In this document: one piece after another, positions 38,627-49,073 of the stretch
Position numbering within the stretch: position 1 is the first letter of the stretch
Layout of the letters: each line of letters opens with the position of its first letter
Assembly: GCA_041483895.1 (NCBI GenBank)
Contig: JBGPGO010000015.1
Span: forward strand, 1 to 64,000
Length of the DNA stretch: 64,000 nucleotides
From: Fimbriimonadia bacterium
GTDB lineage: Bacteria > Armatimonadota > Fimbriimonadia > Fimbriimonadales > JABRVX01
Reading direction: 5' to 3'
The notes under the pieces: model-generated
Seen by the model: the letters and a program-made list of their open reading frames with translations, nothing else
Database searches by the model: none
What the model was told of the DNA's origin: nothing
Made by a program: the position numbers and the translations under genes

Positions 38627-40029
38627 TCTTGAAACGTTTCTACGACGACAAATTGGCGCAGGCAAGCTTCCTGATCGGCTGCGGCAAGTCTGGCGAGGCC
38701 TGTATCATCGATCCGAATCGGGATATCGAACAATACATCGAGGCCGCCGCAAGCGAAGGGCTGAAGATCAAGGCAGTGACGGAAACGCACATCCACGCGG
38801 ACTTTGTCTCCGGCAGCAGAGAGCTGGCCGAAAAGACCGGCGCGCGTCTCTATCTCAGCGACGAAGGGGACGCGGATTGGAAATATGGATTTGCCAATCA
38901 GCCCAACGTAACCCTTGTCCTAGACGGCGACAGAATCAGGATCGGTAATGTCCGGCTCGATGTGATCAAGACCCCCGGTCACACACCGGAGCACATCAGC
39001 TTCCTCCTCACCGATGAAGCATCTTCCCCTCAGCCGCTCGGCGCGTTCACCGGCGACTTCATTTTCGTCGGCGACGTCGGCCGCCCGGACCTCCTCGAGC
39101 GCGCCGCGGGATTTGAAGGCACGATGGAAAAGGGGGCACGCATCCTGTATAAATCGCTGACAGATTTCAAGAAAATGCCGGACACGCTGATCCTATGGCC
39201 CTCCCACGGATCCGGCAGCGCCTGCGGCAAGAATCTCGGAGGCGTCCCGATCAGCACATTGGGTTACGAGAAAAACGCGAACTGGGCATTCCGCGCACCC
39301 GACGAACAGACCTTCACCGCCACGGTCCTGCAAGGCCAGCCCGATCCGCCCGCCTATTTCAAGCACATGAAGCGCATCAACCGGGACGGCCCTCCCATTC
39401 TCGGCCCATTCCGAATGCCGCGCAGCTTGGAAGCCGACCAAATCATAGCGCTGTTGGGAGGCGGAGCAACCGTGATCGATATCCGCCCAACCGAAGAGGT
39501 CGCCTCCGGATTCATCCCCGGCACTATAACCATTGCGCTCGGCAAATCCTTCCCCAACTGGGCCGGATGGCTAACCCCCTACGATCAACCAGTCTATCTG
39601 CTTGGCAGCAAGGAGGCAGTTGAAGAGGCGGCAAAAGATCTTCGCAAAATCGGCCTCGACAATATCGGCGGCTGGTTTGGGCAAGACGCCCTTGCCCATT
39701 GCCAACAGCACGGAAAGATAGAGACAATCGGCCAAATCTCTGCGACCGACGCTGCGTCCAGAAGCGATGCCGCAATTCTCGACGTCCGCAGCGCCTCAGA
39801 ATACAGCGAAGGACACATTCCCGAAGCGATAAACATCCCTCTCGGCCACCTGCAATCCCGGATCGCCGAAGTTCCCAATGGCCGCCACCTAATCGTTCAT
39901 TGCCAAGGCGGCACCCGCTCCCCAATCGCTGCCAGCCTGCTGGCGAAACTCGGGAGGCCGGGCGCAATCAACATGACGGACGGGTTCATGGACTGGGAGA
40001 GCCGCGGACTGCCGATCGAGCGCACGTAG
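38623..40029 (+). CDS. MBL-fold hydrolase/persulfide dioxygenase fused to two rhodanese domains
   Basis: ETHIHADF, TPGHTPEH, GDVGRPDL and HCQGGTRS motifs. Confidence 0.92.
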   Translation: MILKRFYDDKLAQASFLIGCGKSGEACIIDPNRDIEQYIEAAASEGLKIKAVTETHIHADFVSGSRELAEKTGARLYLSDEGDADWKYGFANQPNVTLVLDGDRIRIGNVRLDVIKTPGHTPEHISFLLTDEASSPQPLGAFTGDFIFVGDVGRPDLLERAAGFEGTMEKGARILYKSLTDFKKMPDTLILWPSHGSGSACGKNLGGVPISTLGYEKNANWAFRAPDEQTFTATVLQGQPDPPAYFKHMKRINRDGPPILGPFRMPRSLEADQIIALLGGGATVIDIRPTEEVASGFIPGTITIALGKSFPNWAGWLTPYDQPVYLLGSKEAVEEAAKDLRKIGLDNIGGWFGQDALAHCQQHGKIETIGQISATDAASRSDAAILDVRSASEYSEGHIPEAINIPLGHLQSRIAEVPNGRHLIVHCQGGTRSPIAASLLAKLGRPGAINMTDGFMDWESRGLPIERT

Positions 40030-40051
40030 TCGAATGCGGCTGTCAAGAACG

Positions 40052-40708
40052 TCATTTGGTTTCATGTTTCTTTCCTAACTGAAACGTATAGGAGAGGTCC
40101 ACAAATAGCCCGTCTCCCGCAGATCGTTCGTTCGGTACCATTTCACCAATCGCCAACGCGGCACTGTCGCTCATGTTCCACTGAATTCCGACGGTGGTGA
40201 AATTGTCGTTCCCCGTTATCGTATCCACCTGCAGTACGAGATTGTTGTGCGTTGCATACTCCAAACCGAACATAGCCGAGTCCGAATCACCCCGCGTCCA
40301 ACCGATGTGGAGCCGCACAGGACGAATGTTCAGCGATGCAGCAGCATAGGGCTGTTCTCCGAACGACCGCACACCCACGTTCTCGTACCCGATCGCCGCC
40401 GAATAGAAGCCATTCTGAATGATCGATAGACTGATATTGGGGGATCCTGCCGCTGTTCCCGTCGTCAGGAAATCCGCGCCGATGGTCAGCCTGTTCGTCA
40501 AGCCAAACCGCAGCCCCAAGATGGCGAATGTATCGGCGGAATTCAACACTCGGGCGCCATTCAGTTGGTAGTCCGCCGCTATCAGTCCCGGAGGAAGCAC
40601 ATCGCCGGACGGGATGGAGAACAGGCCTTGTCCGAACACCGAACTGCCGATCGAAGCCAACAAGACAACCCCGAGCCCCTTGTTCAAATTACTTCCTCCA
40701 TCCTTCAC
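40052..40708 (-). CDS. Secreted / probable outer-membrane beta-barrel hypothetical protein
   Basis: Signal peptide, alternating beta-strand pattern, ends near LSYTF. Confidence 0.65.
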   Translation of the reverse strand: MKDGGSNLNKGLGVVLLASIGSSVFGQGLFSIPSGDVLPPGLIAADYQLNGARVLNSADTFAILGLRFGLTNRLTIGADFLTTGTAAGSPNISLSIIQNGFYSAAIGYENVGVRSFGEQPYAAASLNIRPVRLHIGWTRGDSDSAMFGLEYATHNNLVLQVDTITGNDNFTTVGIQWNMSDSAALAIGEMVPNERSAGDGLFVDLSYTFQLGKKHETK

Positions 40709-40748
40709 ACCTGCATGCCATTCACGTTTGCGCTCGGCAACGCATCTC

Positions 40749-43295
40749 TTAGCGAAAGCCGAAGGTCTGAAATTTCCAGGGCTTCAAATCGAACGTCATC
40801 ACGCCTTCCTTCAGCAGTGCACCTTTCGATGGGTTCCCAAGAAGATCGGTAGCCGTTGCGCCTTTCACGGCAAATCCGAACTTAACGCGGGCCGCGCCTT
40901 CCTTGCCGTCCGTCTCCACCAACCGCATCTCAAATCCCAAGGCAGTCTTTCGAAGTTCGCTCAATTGCACATTGCCGGGTTCCACCGAAACGAAGCTGCG
41001 CGCTGTCGGCAGCGTTCCGTTTGCCGGCTTGCCCACATGAACGATCAGCTTTTGCGTAAAGTCATTCGCCGCGCGAAGCCGATCGGCGTTCGTGATCGCG
41101 GCGTGCGGCAGCAGCGCGTGCCGATATTCCGCATAGCGCGGCCAACCGTAATCCCCCGTGAAGCGCGATTCCCATTCGCGCATGATCAGGTTGGAAACCA
41201 CTCCCTTCTCATCGATCTTAAACCATTGAGTCCCCTCGTGCAGCACCAGAAGCCCCGAATCCTTCCCCTCCAAATCCGCGAACGTCAGGGCATGAAACTC
41301 CTTGTGAATCGTAGGCTCGACAGCCATAGCATAGTCACGCAATACGGTTGTCGGCTGGAAGTTCGGCATGAAATCAAGATAGTATCCTCCGACGATATCC
41401 GGCGGCGAATCGTCCGGCTTGGGCGGCATCATCGGTAGCAGTCGCGTGACAACTTCGGCATAGGGCTTGCCTGCGGCCAGCGTCACCTGAGTCTCATAGG
41501 TGGTGTTATCCCAAACATGATGCGCCTTGAGAGTCGCGAAAACCGGACCCTTCTTCACCCAGGTTAGCACTGCCCTGGTTTTGTTCCCATCATAATCCGC
41601 AGCGATGTTCGGACGAAGTGGGAACGACTGATTCGGTTTGGCGCGATAGATCGGAAACATATCGCCGTCCTGCGCGATCATCTCTTTTCCAAGCCGCTTG
41701 TCAAATAAGCTCCGTATCGCCCCGATCTGCGGATCAATCTGTATCCAGATGTACTCATTCTCCATCGTCAAATTCTTTTCGTCGATTTGCAGCAGCGAGG
41801 TCGCGATTTCCGGAGAGAACACCAGATAGTATGTCGAATATCCAACGCTTGGAGCGGAAGCGTTGAATGCCACATTGACCATCTCCAACTTCCCGTCTTT
41901 ATCCCGTTGCGATCCGACTATCTGCGACGGTATGTCCCGGCCATTTTGATCAACCACGGACACATCGTTTACCTTCGCGGGAAGCGGATACAATCGCCCG
42001 GTTTCAACCACATCATTGCGGTCCCACGGCGAGGGATTGAATACAGTAATCGCAAGCCGACCTTCGCCCGATGATTTCACCCGCCCAGCCAGGAAACTGG
42101 TCGCAGATTCCAAGACTGACGTTGCCGTCCCTTCCGCCGAATCGGCCAAGTTGTAACCCAGCGCCCCCCATGTAAAATTATGTTTGTCCTCGATTCGATC
42201 CAACGGCGCCATCCGGTCCTGCTGCCACCGGGAATACTCGCACAGCCCAACATCATGACTCTGCGACGCGAGAAGATCCTTCCAAGCCTCATCCAGTTCC
42301 TTCCAATGGGACGGAAACCCCATCGAAGACGCGATGGCATCGAAGCGTTCCGCAGCCAGCAGTTCCCCTTCCACTTTGCGTTGAAAAATCCGCACTTGGT
42401 CTCCGCCCAGTCCCCACGTCAGAGACTTCGACCAGTCATCCATCCCAAACTTGCGTGTCTCCGTAGGATGGCCATACTTGTCCATATACTCTTTCAGCGT
42501 CACGTACTCCACAGGCGCCTGCTTCGAAATGTTCTTGTAATAGTCTGCCTGCCACGTATACGCCGGCGTCTCGTGCGGTTCCCAGCCAAACTCCTCCCAC
42601 ACCATCAGCAACGGCTTGCCGAGCTTGTCGAGATTCTTGTAGCCATCCGATGCGGAAAGCTGCTTCCAATCCAGCCCCGCGCGGAACAGTGCGTTCTTCG
42701 GCGTCGTCGGTATGGTTGAACCATCTTTCCCTTTCCAATTCAGCGAATTTAATTCTACCGTCGGCACGCCCGCCCGGCCCCACGTATCCACCTGCGCCAA
42801 ACTCGCATATTTGTAGCCGGCGCTGATCAAAATCTGCGGCAATTGTGGGTGGCTGAACTCCTCCTCTTCCAAGAAAGTGGTCATGTCGTAACCCAACGCC
42901 TGCTTAATGGCCACCCGCCCCATCACCACCTGGCGAATATTCGATTCCCCACTAAACGTCGTCGCCATCGGCTGGCCATACGACCCCCCAATCAGTTCCA
43001 ACTTCCCAGCGGCCAAATACTTCTTGAGCCGATCGGTGACTTCCGGGAAATGCTTCACCATCAGCTCGTACGCCCGCGCGTCCAGATTGATACAGGTCTT
43101 CACCCCCGCCCGGTCATACATCTCCATCGCGTCCGTCACCGACAGCACATTGGATTCTAATCCCAACTGCCAACCGATACCGGTGTAGCTCCAATGGTTG
43201 CAAACCGTTACGCACAGTCCATCGCCCGGCTTATCCTGCTGGGCCGCCGGACCGACGAGCATCGCCAAGACCGGAAAAAGATATCGAAATTCCAT
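40749..43295 (-). CDS. Glycoside hydrolase, GH38/GH57-like (alpha-mannosidase-like architecture)
   Basis: Signal peptide; GKLELIGG, SQSHD, VFNPSPWDR, MENEY and C-terminal MRLVETDG segments. Confidence 0.75.
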   Translation of the reverse strand: MEFRYLFPVLAMLVGPAAQQDKPGDGLCVTVCNHWSYTGIGWQLGLESNVLSVTDAMEMYDRAGVKTCINLDARAYELMVKHFPEVTDRLKKYLAAGKLELIGGSYGQPMATTFSGESNIRQVVMGRVAIKQALGYDMTTFLEEEEFSHPQLPQILISAGYKYASLAQVDTWGRAGVPTVELNSLNWKGKDGSTIPTTPKNALFRAGLDWKQLSASDGYKNLDKLGKPLLMVWEEFGWEPHETPAYTWQADYYKNISKQAPVEYVTLKEYMDKYGHPTETRKFGMDDWSKSLTWGLGGDQVRIFQRKVEGELLAAERFDAIASSMGFPSHWKELDEAWKDLLASQSHDVGLCEYSRWQQDRMAPLDRIEDKHNFTWGALGYNLADSAEGTATSVLESATSFLAGRVKSSGEGRLAITVFNPSPWDRNDVVETGRLYPLPAKVNDVSVVDQNGRDIPSQIVGSQRDKDGKLEMVNVAFNASAPSVGYSTYYLVFSPEIATSLLQIDEKNLTMENEYIWIQIDPQIGAIRSLFDKRLGKEMIAQDGDMFPIYRAKPNQSFPLRPNIAADYDGNKTRAVLTWVKKGPVFATLKAHHVWDNTTYETQVTLAAGKPYAEVVTRLLPMMPPKPDDSPPDIVGGYYLDFMPNFQPTTVLRDYAMAVEPTIHKEFHALTFADLEGKDSGLLVLHEGTQWFKIDEKGVVSNLIMREWESRFTGDYGWPRYAEYRHALLPHAAITNADRLRAANDFTQKLIVHVGKPANGTLPTARSFVSVEPGNVQLSELRKTALGFEMRLVETDGKEGAARVKFGFAVKGATATDLLGNPSKGALLKEGVMTFDLKPWKFQTFGFR

Positions 43296-43334
43296 ATCCC
43301 GAATTCTACCTGTAGCTTCGGCGCAGGAAACCCT

Positions 43335-44525
43335 GTGTCCCGTCGCGAACGAACACGCATGTTGCCGCCCGACAAGTTGTCCTTTGTGGTAGACGTAGCC
43401 CATTGGAATCCGCCGCTTCCGACAAACCCGAAGCATTTCACGTGGAACCTTGCTAGGCTGGGATACAAAGTTCTGGCAACGCTTTGGCAGGGTCCGCTTC
43501 CCGCCGCCAAGCGCTTCAACCCCTTCTGCTGGACCAACCAAGAACCGGAGGAGATGGAACCAAATCTCTGGCTCCTGCGTTATCAGTGGCCAATGTTGGA
43601 AAGGACCGCCTGGGGCGCGCGAATCAACAGCGGCGTCTACCGCCGAACCATTGAGAAGTCCGTTGCCGCGCTGGGCTTTGCAAACCAAACCTATTTTCTG
43701 CAGTTCACGCCGACCCACTTCGAAGCGGCGCTAGAAGCAAGCAAAACCTTCCCACTCATCTATCGCCCCATCGATGACTCCTCCATGGCCCCCATCTACC
43801 AGTCTCGGATCGATTATTGGCTTGCCGGCGAGAAGAAGATGCTCGAGCGCGCCGCGCTCATCGCCCCGCTCGGCAGGAAGGTCTACGACGCTCTGCAGGG
43901 CAAATACCCGCACGTGCGGCGAATATCCACAGGAGTGGATTTCGCACTGTTCTCGGCGAAGCAGCCGGAACCGCAGGACATAAGTGAAATCCCCCATCCT
44001 CGCTTCGGATTCTGCGGCGCAATCGATCGATATAAGATTGATTTCCGGTTGGTAGAGCGTTTGGCCGAACTCCGTCCCGATTGGAGTTGGGTGTATGTTG
44101 GCGCGATTGGAATGCAAGACGGCACCACATTCGAATCCCTCCCCCATCGTCCAAACCTACACTATCTCGGAGCCAAGCCGCAGTCGGAGATTCCGGCCTA
44201 TCTCCAACATTTCGACGTCGGAACCATGCCGATGAACATCAACGACTACACGACAGGCATCAACCCATTGAAGCTGTATGAGAACTACGCCACCGGACTG
44301 CCCCTAGTGACAACGCCACTGCCATTTGCTGTGGATGAGCCGACGGTGTATGTCGCCGAAAGCCCGGAACTGTTCATCACGCAGTGTGAAAAAGCGCTCG
44401 CGGACCGCCCGGAACAGTCACCCAAGCTGATTGAGTTGGCGCAAGCGAACGACTGGCGTCAGAGAGCTATCGAACTGCTGGAATTCATCGCGGAAACCGC
44501 GGAAGAGCGTAGCCAAGATACATAG
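43335..44525 (+). CDS. GT-B glycosyltransferase (GT4/TuaH-like)
   Basis: GVDFALF, GFCGAI and NPLKLYENYATGLPLVTT motifs; start at 43335 or 43359. Confidence 0.88.
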   Translation: MSRRERTRMLPPDKLSFVVDVAHWNPPLPTNPKHFTWNLARLGYKVLATLWQGPLPAAKRFNPFCWTNQEPEEMEPNLWLLRYQWPMLERTAWGARINSGVYRRTIEKSVAALGFANQTYFLQFTPTHFEAALEASKTFPLIYRPIDDSSMAPIYQSRIDYWLAGEKKMLERAALIAPLGRKVYDALQGKYPHVRRISTGVDFALFSAKQPEPQDISEIPHPRFGFCGAIDRYKIDFRLVERLAELRPDWSWVYVGAIGMQDGTTFESLPHRPNLHYLGAKPQSEIPAYLQHFDVGTMPMNINDYTTGINPLKLYENYATGLPLVTTPLPFAVDEPTVYVAESPELFITQCEKALADRPEQSPKLIELAQANDWRQRAIELLEFIAETAEERSQDT

Positions 44526-45466
44526 GATTTGAGTCCGCGTTCCAACGGATATCCTGGACGGTAACCATACATCTCTTGCGCCTTCGAAATATCGGCCAGC
44601 GTTGTAGAAACATCGCCCAATTGCAATGGCTGTTCGTCGAAGACTGGCGTCACTCCCATCTCAGCTCCAAGCAGCCTGATCAACTGATCGAGACTTGTCA
44701 ATTTTCCGGCGCCAAGATTTATGATCTGGTAACCAGCCGGCCGCTGCGCAATTCGAATGACACCATCGATGATATCATCGCAATACGTAAAGTCCCGTTG
44801 CATGGAACCATCCCCAAACATCGGCACCGGCCTTCCCGCGCCGATCAAACGGGCAAACCTGGCGATCGCCATATCGGGTCGCTGTCGAGGACCGTAGGCG
44901 GTAAAGAAGCGAAGGCAGGAGGTTGGTAGGCTGTACAAAGCGTTCCAAGTTGCGCACAGCAGCTCGCCGGCCCGCTTCGTCGCGGCATACGGCGATATCG
45001 GCCGGTCCACATTGTTAGTTTCGCGGAACGGCACATCCACCCGATCTCCGTACACGCTGGAGCTGCTCGCGAAAACGAAGTGCCGTGCATTAATTCTTGT
45101 TGCAAGCTGCAGCATGTTTGCGGTTCCGGTAACGTTGACGTCGCAGTACTCGGAAGGTCTCTCGATGCTGGAACGGACCCCGGCATAGCCGGCCAGATGG
45201 GCAACGATATCGACCGGCATGGCGAACACCGCTGCCATCGCATCCTGATTTCGGATGTCGGCCTCAATGAACGAAATGCGCTTCGCAAAGCAAGCCAGAT
45301 TGGATCGCTTGATCCCAGGATCGTAAAATGGATCGAAGTTGTCGACGCCGATAACCGCGGCGCCCTCGTCCAAGAGCCGCTCGCACAAATGCGAGCCGAG
45401 GAACCCCGCCGCGCCGGTGACAAGCACCGACGCTCCCTTCAGCGATATCGTCGCAGCGACTTCCAT
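44459..45466 (-). CDS. NAD-dependent epimerase (UDP-glucuronate 4-epimerase-like)
   Basis: TGAAGFLG, ASSSSVYG, YAATK and GPRQRPDMA motifs. Confidence 0.93.
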   Translation of the reverse strand: MEVAATISLKGASVLVTGAAGFLGSHLCERLLDEGAAVIGVDNFDPFYDPGIKRSNLACFAKRISFIEADIRNQDAMAAVFAMPVDIVAHLAGYAGVRSSIERPSEYCDVNVTGTANMLQLATRINARHFVFASSSSVYGDRVDVPFRETNNVDRPISPYAATKRAGELLCATWNALYSLPTSCLRFFTAYGPRQRPDMAIARFARLIGAGRPVPMFGDGSMQRDFTYCDDIIDGVIRIAQRPAGYQIINLGAGKLTSLDQLIRLLGAEMGVTPVFDEQPLQLGDVSTTLADISKAQEMYGYRPGYPLERGLKSYVSWLRSSAVSAMNSSSSIAL

Positions 45467-45647
45467 AGTGCATTCCCTATACAAATAGCAAACGATTAGC
45501 CAAATACTTCGCCTTTGTACCTACCATCGCAATTATACACGACGAAATGGCGGAACAAGCTCCATTTCCCACGGATTTAGCTTACACCCCATCCGATGTC
45601 AGTGGCAGGGTATAGGCGGTGCGCAAAGAACTTTCGCCGTTACCGGT

Positions 45648-48158
45648 ATGCACGACCCAACCCTGATCGCCATACAACAAATCACAAAATTCTACGGCGG
45701 CGTGACCGCCTTGGGCGCCGTCTCCTTCGAAATCGCCAAAGGCGAGGTCCATGCCCTCTGTGGGGAAAACGGAGCCGGAAAATCGACGCTGAACAAGATA
45801 CTCTCCGGGTCCCTCTTGCCCGACAGCGGGGAGATAACGGTGGAAAATCGCCCATTGCCAATGGGCAGCGTCCAGGCGTGCCAGGATAGGGGCATCAGCA
45901 TCGTTCACCAGGAATCCACCGCATTCCTTCATCTCAACGCGATAGACAATATCTTTGTGGGCCGCGAGCTGACCGCGCCGGGGTGGGGGTTCTTCCGCAA
46001 GCTCTCCCTCCCCTTTGCGAGGAACGAGCAAGGGGGAGGGGTGGGGTGGGGGTTCTTCCTCGATCGGCGGCAAATGGAACGAAAGACCCGCGAACTGATG
46101 CTGCGTCTCGGAGAAAGCCTCCCCATCGACGTCCCCCTCCTCAACCTCACGACGGCGCAGCGTCAGATGGTCTCCATCGCCCGCGCGTTGGCTCGCGACT
46201 GCCGCCTGCTCATCATGGATGAACCGACCTCCTCCCTTTCCGCCAAGGAATCGGCGGCGCTCTTCCGCATCGTGCGTCAGCTAAGGTCCGAGGGCGTGAG
46301 CATCTTGTGGGTGACCCACCGCCTAGACGAGGTTTTCGAGCTGGCGGACCGAGTGACGGTTCTTCGAGACGGGAAATATGTCGGAACTCGGTCCATCGGC
46401 GAACTGGACCGAGCAGAGCTGATCCGGATGATGGTGGGTAGGGAGATGGCGACCATCACTGCTAGAGAATCCAACCCCGCCGAGATCGCGCTCACCGTAA
46501 AAGGGTTGAGCGGCCCGGCCTTCCAAGACGTTAACCTGACGGTGCGCGCTGGAGAGATCGTGGCGCTGGCGGGACTGGTAGGCGCCGGGCGCAGCGAGCT
46601 GGCCCGCGCGATCGCCGGCATCGATTCCTATGACGCAGGAACGATCGAGGCCGAAGGGCGCGCGATATCCTACGTCCCGGAAGACCGGCAACACCAGGGC
46701 CTCGCGCTCCCCATGTCGATACGCGAGAACCTAACTCTGAGCGTTTTGCCTCGCATCGCCCCGCGGCATCTCCTCATTCGCGCAAGAGAGAATCAGGTCG
46801 CGCAACAGTATATGCAGGAGCTCGACATACGCGCCGATTCGACTGCCCGCCCGGTCGAATCACTCTCAGGAGGCAACCAACAAAAGGTGCTCCTCGGCAA
46901 GTGGCTTGCCACCGATCCGCAAATCCTCATTCTCGACGAACCTACCCGTGGAATCGATGTCGGCGCGAAGGCAGAAATCCACCGTCACATTCGCGCGCTG
47001 GCCGACCGGGGCGTCGCTATTCTGCTTATCTCGTCGGAAATGCCGGAGGTGCTCGATCTCGCCGACCGCATCATCGTCCTCCGCGAGGGCCAAGTCGCCG
47101 GGGAGCTTTCCCGCAGCGAGGCAACGCAGGAGAAACTTCTCGCTCTCTCCCTCCCCGACGAATCGGCGGAACAGAAAGCCGTCCAATCCAAAGAACCAAT
47201 AGTCGACCGGTTGGCGCGGCAACGAGAGATCGGCGTCGGCGCCCTGGTGGCCCTCACGCTGATCGTCGTTTCCCTCGTCAACCCTCGCTTCCTTTCCATC
47301 GAAAACCTCCGCGATCTTCTCATCAACGCGGCCCCAATCGCAATCGCCGCATGCGGAATGACGCTCGTAATCCTCGCCCGAGAAATCGATATCAGCATCG
47401 GCTCGCTGATGGGACTCAGCGCGGCGATTATGGGCATCATCGCCTCGCCGACGCGCATGGGCGGATCGGTGCCGCTCAGCATCGCGCTCGCGCTAGCCAC
47501 CGGCCTGTCTATCGGCCTCCTCAACGGAGCGCTGGTCGCCGTGGGCCGCGTTCCTTCCATCATCGTAACGCTCGGCATGCTGACTATCCTTCGCGGCGGT
47601 ACTGATCTGCTGATGCGCGGGCAATGGATCACCGACATCCCGCCCGGGCTTCGCGTGCTCGGAACGGGCTCCGTTCTGGGCGTGCCGATCAGCCTTTGGA
47701 CCGCCGCGATCTGCCTGATATGCACGGGATGGCTGCTCGCCCGCACCGCGCTCGGCCGCAGGATTGTCGCGCTCGGTTCCAACCCCCAGGCGGCTGTCTA
47801 CGCGGGCATCTCCCCTACCCGAATCCGTCTGTTTGTATTTGCGTGCAGCGGTCTGCTAACGGCGATCGCGACGCTCGTTAGCGTTACGCGCCTATCCACC
47901 ATCGAATCCGGAATCGGCGTCGGATTTGAGCTGCTGGTCGTAACTTGCGTCGTGGTCGGCGGCACCTCGATTCGCGGCGGCCAAGGCAGCGTGCTCGGCT
48001 CCTTCTTCGGCACGTTGCTGCTCGGCAGCGTGGCGACCATGCTGATCTTCCTACGCCTGGGCGAGATGTCCACATACTGGGAAAGGGCGATCCAGGGAGC
48101 GTTTATCTTGGCGGCGGTGATGATGGACAACCTCGCGCGGCGGCGGGCGAAATCGTGA
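45648..48158 (+). CDS. Sugar ABC transporter: tandem ATPase fused to permease (RbsA/RhaT + RbsC/RhaP-like)
   Basis: GENGAGKST, LSGGNQQK and DEPTRGID motifs, then IDISIGS..VVVGGTSI permease domain. Confidence 0.92.
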   Translation: MHDPTLIAIQQITKFYGGVTALGAVSFEIAKGEVHALCGENGAGKSTLNKILSGSLLPDSGEITVENRPLPMGSVQACQDRGISIVHQESTAFLHLNAIDNIFVGRELTAPGWGFFRKLSLPFARNEQGGGVGWGFFLDRRQMERKTRELMLRLGESLPIDVPLLNLTTAQRQMVSIARALARDCRLLIMDEPTSSLSAKESAALFRIVRQLRSEGVSILWVTHRLDEVFELADRVTVLRDGKYVGTRSIGELDRAELIRMMVGREMATITARESNPAEIALTVKGLSGPAFQDVNLTVRAGEIVALAGLVGAGRSELARAIAGIDSYDAGTIEAEGRAISYVPEDRQHQGLALPMSIRENLTLSVLPRIAPRHLLIRARENQVAQQYMQELDIRADSTARPVESLSGGNQQKVLLGKWLATDPQILILDEPTRGIDVGAKAEIHRHIRALADRGVAILLISSEMPEVLDLADRIIVLREGQVAGELSRSEATQEKLLALSLPDESAEQKAVQSKEPIVDRLARQREIGVGALVALTLIVVSLVNPRFLSIENLRDLLINAAPIAIAACGMTLVILAREIDISIGSLMGLSAAIMGIIASPTRMGGSVPLSIALALATGLSIGLLNGALVAVGRVPSIIVTLGMLTILRGGTDLLMRGQWITDIPPGLRVLGTGSVLGVPISLWTAAICLICTGWLLARTALGRRIVALGSNPQAAVYAGISPTRIRLFVFACSGLLTAIATLVSVTRLSTIESGIGVGFELLVVTCVVVGGTSIRGGQGSVLGSFFGTLLLGSVATMLIFLRLGEMSTYWERAIQGAFILAAVMMDNLARRRAKS
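45980..46059. repeat. In-frame 63-bp palindromic insertion bounded by 17-bp direct repeat GGGGTGGGGGTTCTTCC
   Basis: Repeats at 45980-45996 and 46043-46059; internal CCCTCCCCTTTGC..GCAAGGGGGAGGG stem. Confidence 0.85.
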
Positions 48159-49063
48159 AAGTTCGTCAGGAGATACTCTTAGGATTGCTTCTGGTCCTGC
48201 TAATGATAGTCGCTTGGCGCGTCGACCCGGCGTTCGTTTCTTGGGAAGCGCAATCCCTGCTGGCATCCCACCTGTGGGAAACCGCCATCATGGCGGTCCC
48301 GATGACTCTAGTCATTCTGATCGGCGGCATCGATCTTTCGGTAGGGGCCATCCTCGCCGTGTCGGCTGTCGCGCTCGGATTGGCCTTCCAGCACGGACTG
48401 CCCCCGTACGCCGCCGCCATTCTCTCCGTGATCATCGGCGCCTTCCTTGGGCTCGCGAACGGCTGGCTCATCACGGGGCTCCGCGCGCAACCGCTCATCA
48501 TCACCCTGGCGACATTGGCTGCCTATCGGGGCATCGCGGAAGGCATCAGTCTCGCAAAGCCCAACTCCGGGTTCCCAGCGACATTTCTTGCGTTCGGATC
48601 GAGTTCCTTCGCCGCCATCGCGTTCGTCGTTCTGGCCGGAACCGCCGCCTTTATCCTGGCAAAAACCCCAACAGGACGCGCCATCTATGTCATGGGCCAC
48701 AACGAAACGGTAGCGCGCTTCTCCCGCCTTCCCGTAGACCGAATCAAGCTCATTCTCTATGGATCCAGCGGAGCAGCGGCCGGGTTGGCCGGCGCGATCA
48801 TGGTTGCCCGCCGCAACACCGCCAAAGCGGACCTGGGAGCCGGGATCGAGCTGGATGTGATCACCGCCGTCGTGCTCGGCGGCGTCAGCATCAACGGCGG
48901 AAAGGGCGGCATTTTCGGCCTGGTTCTCGGCCTATTCTTGGTCCATGAGACCCGCGAATTTGTGAGCTGGCGATGGCAGAAGGACGAGGTGGTCCTCATC
49001 GTCATCGGCCTCCTTCTCATCCTTTCCGTACTGTTGCAACGGTCGAAAACCGAGGACGGGTAG
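48155..49063 (+). CDS. Sugar ABC transporter permease
   Basis: GGIDLSVG and ELDVITAVVLGG motifs; GTG overlaps the upstream TGA. Confidence 0.92.
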   Translation: MKVRQEILLGLLLVLLMIVAWRVDPAFVSWEAQSLLASHLWETAIMAVPMTLVILIGGIDLSVGAILAVSAVALGLAFQHGLPPYAAAILSVIIGAFLGLANGWLITGLRAQPLIITLATLAAYRGIAEGISLAKPNSGFPATFLAFGSSSFAAIAFVVLAGTAAFILAKTPTGRAIYVMGHNETVARFSRLPVDRIKLILYGSSGAAAGLAGAIMVARRNTAKADLGAGIELDVITAVVLGGVSINGGKGGIFGLVLGLFLVHETREFVSWRWQKDEVVLIVIGLLLILSVLLQRSKTEDG

Positions 49064-49073
49064 TATAGGTTCC

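Noticed and set aside
44459..44525. 67-nt convergent overlap of the glycosyltransferase and epimerase 3' ends as antisense regulation
   Set aside because: Short tail overlaps are common in GC-rich genomes and there is no further evidence
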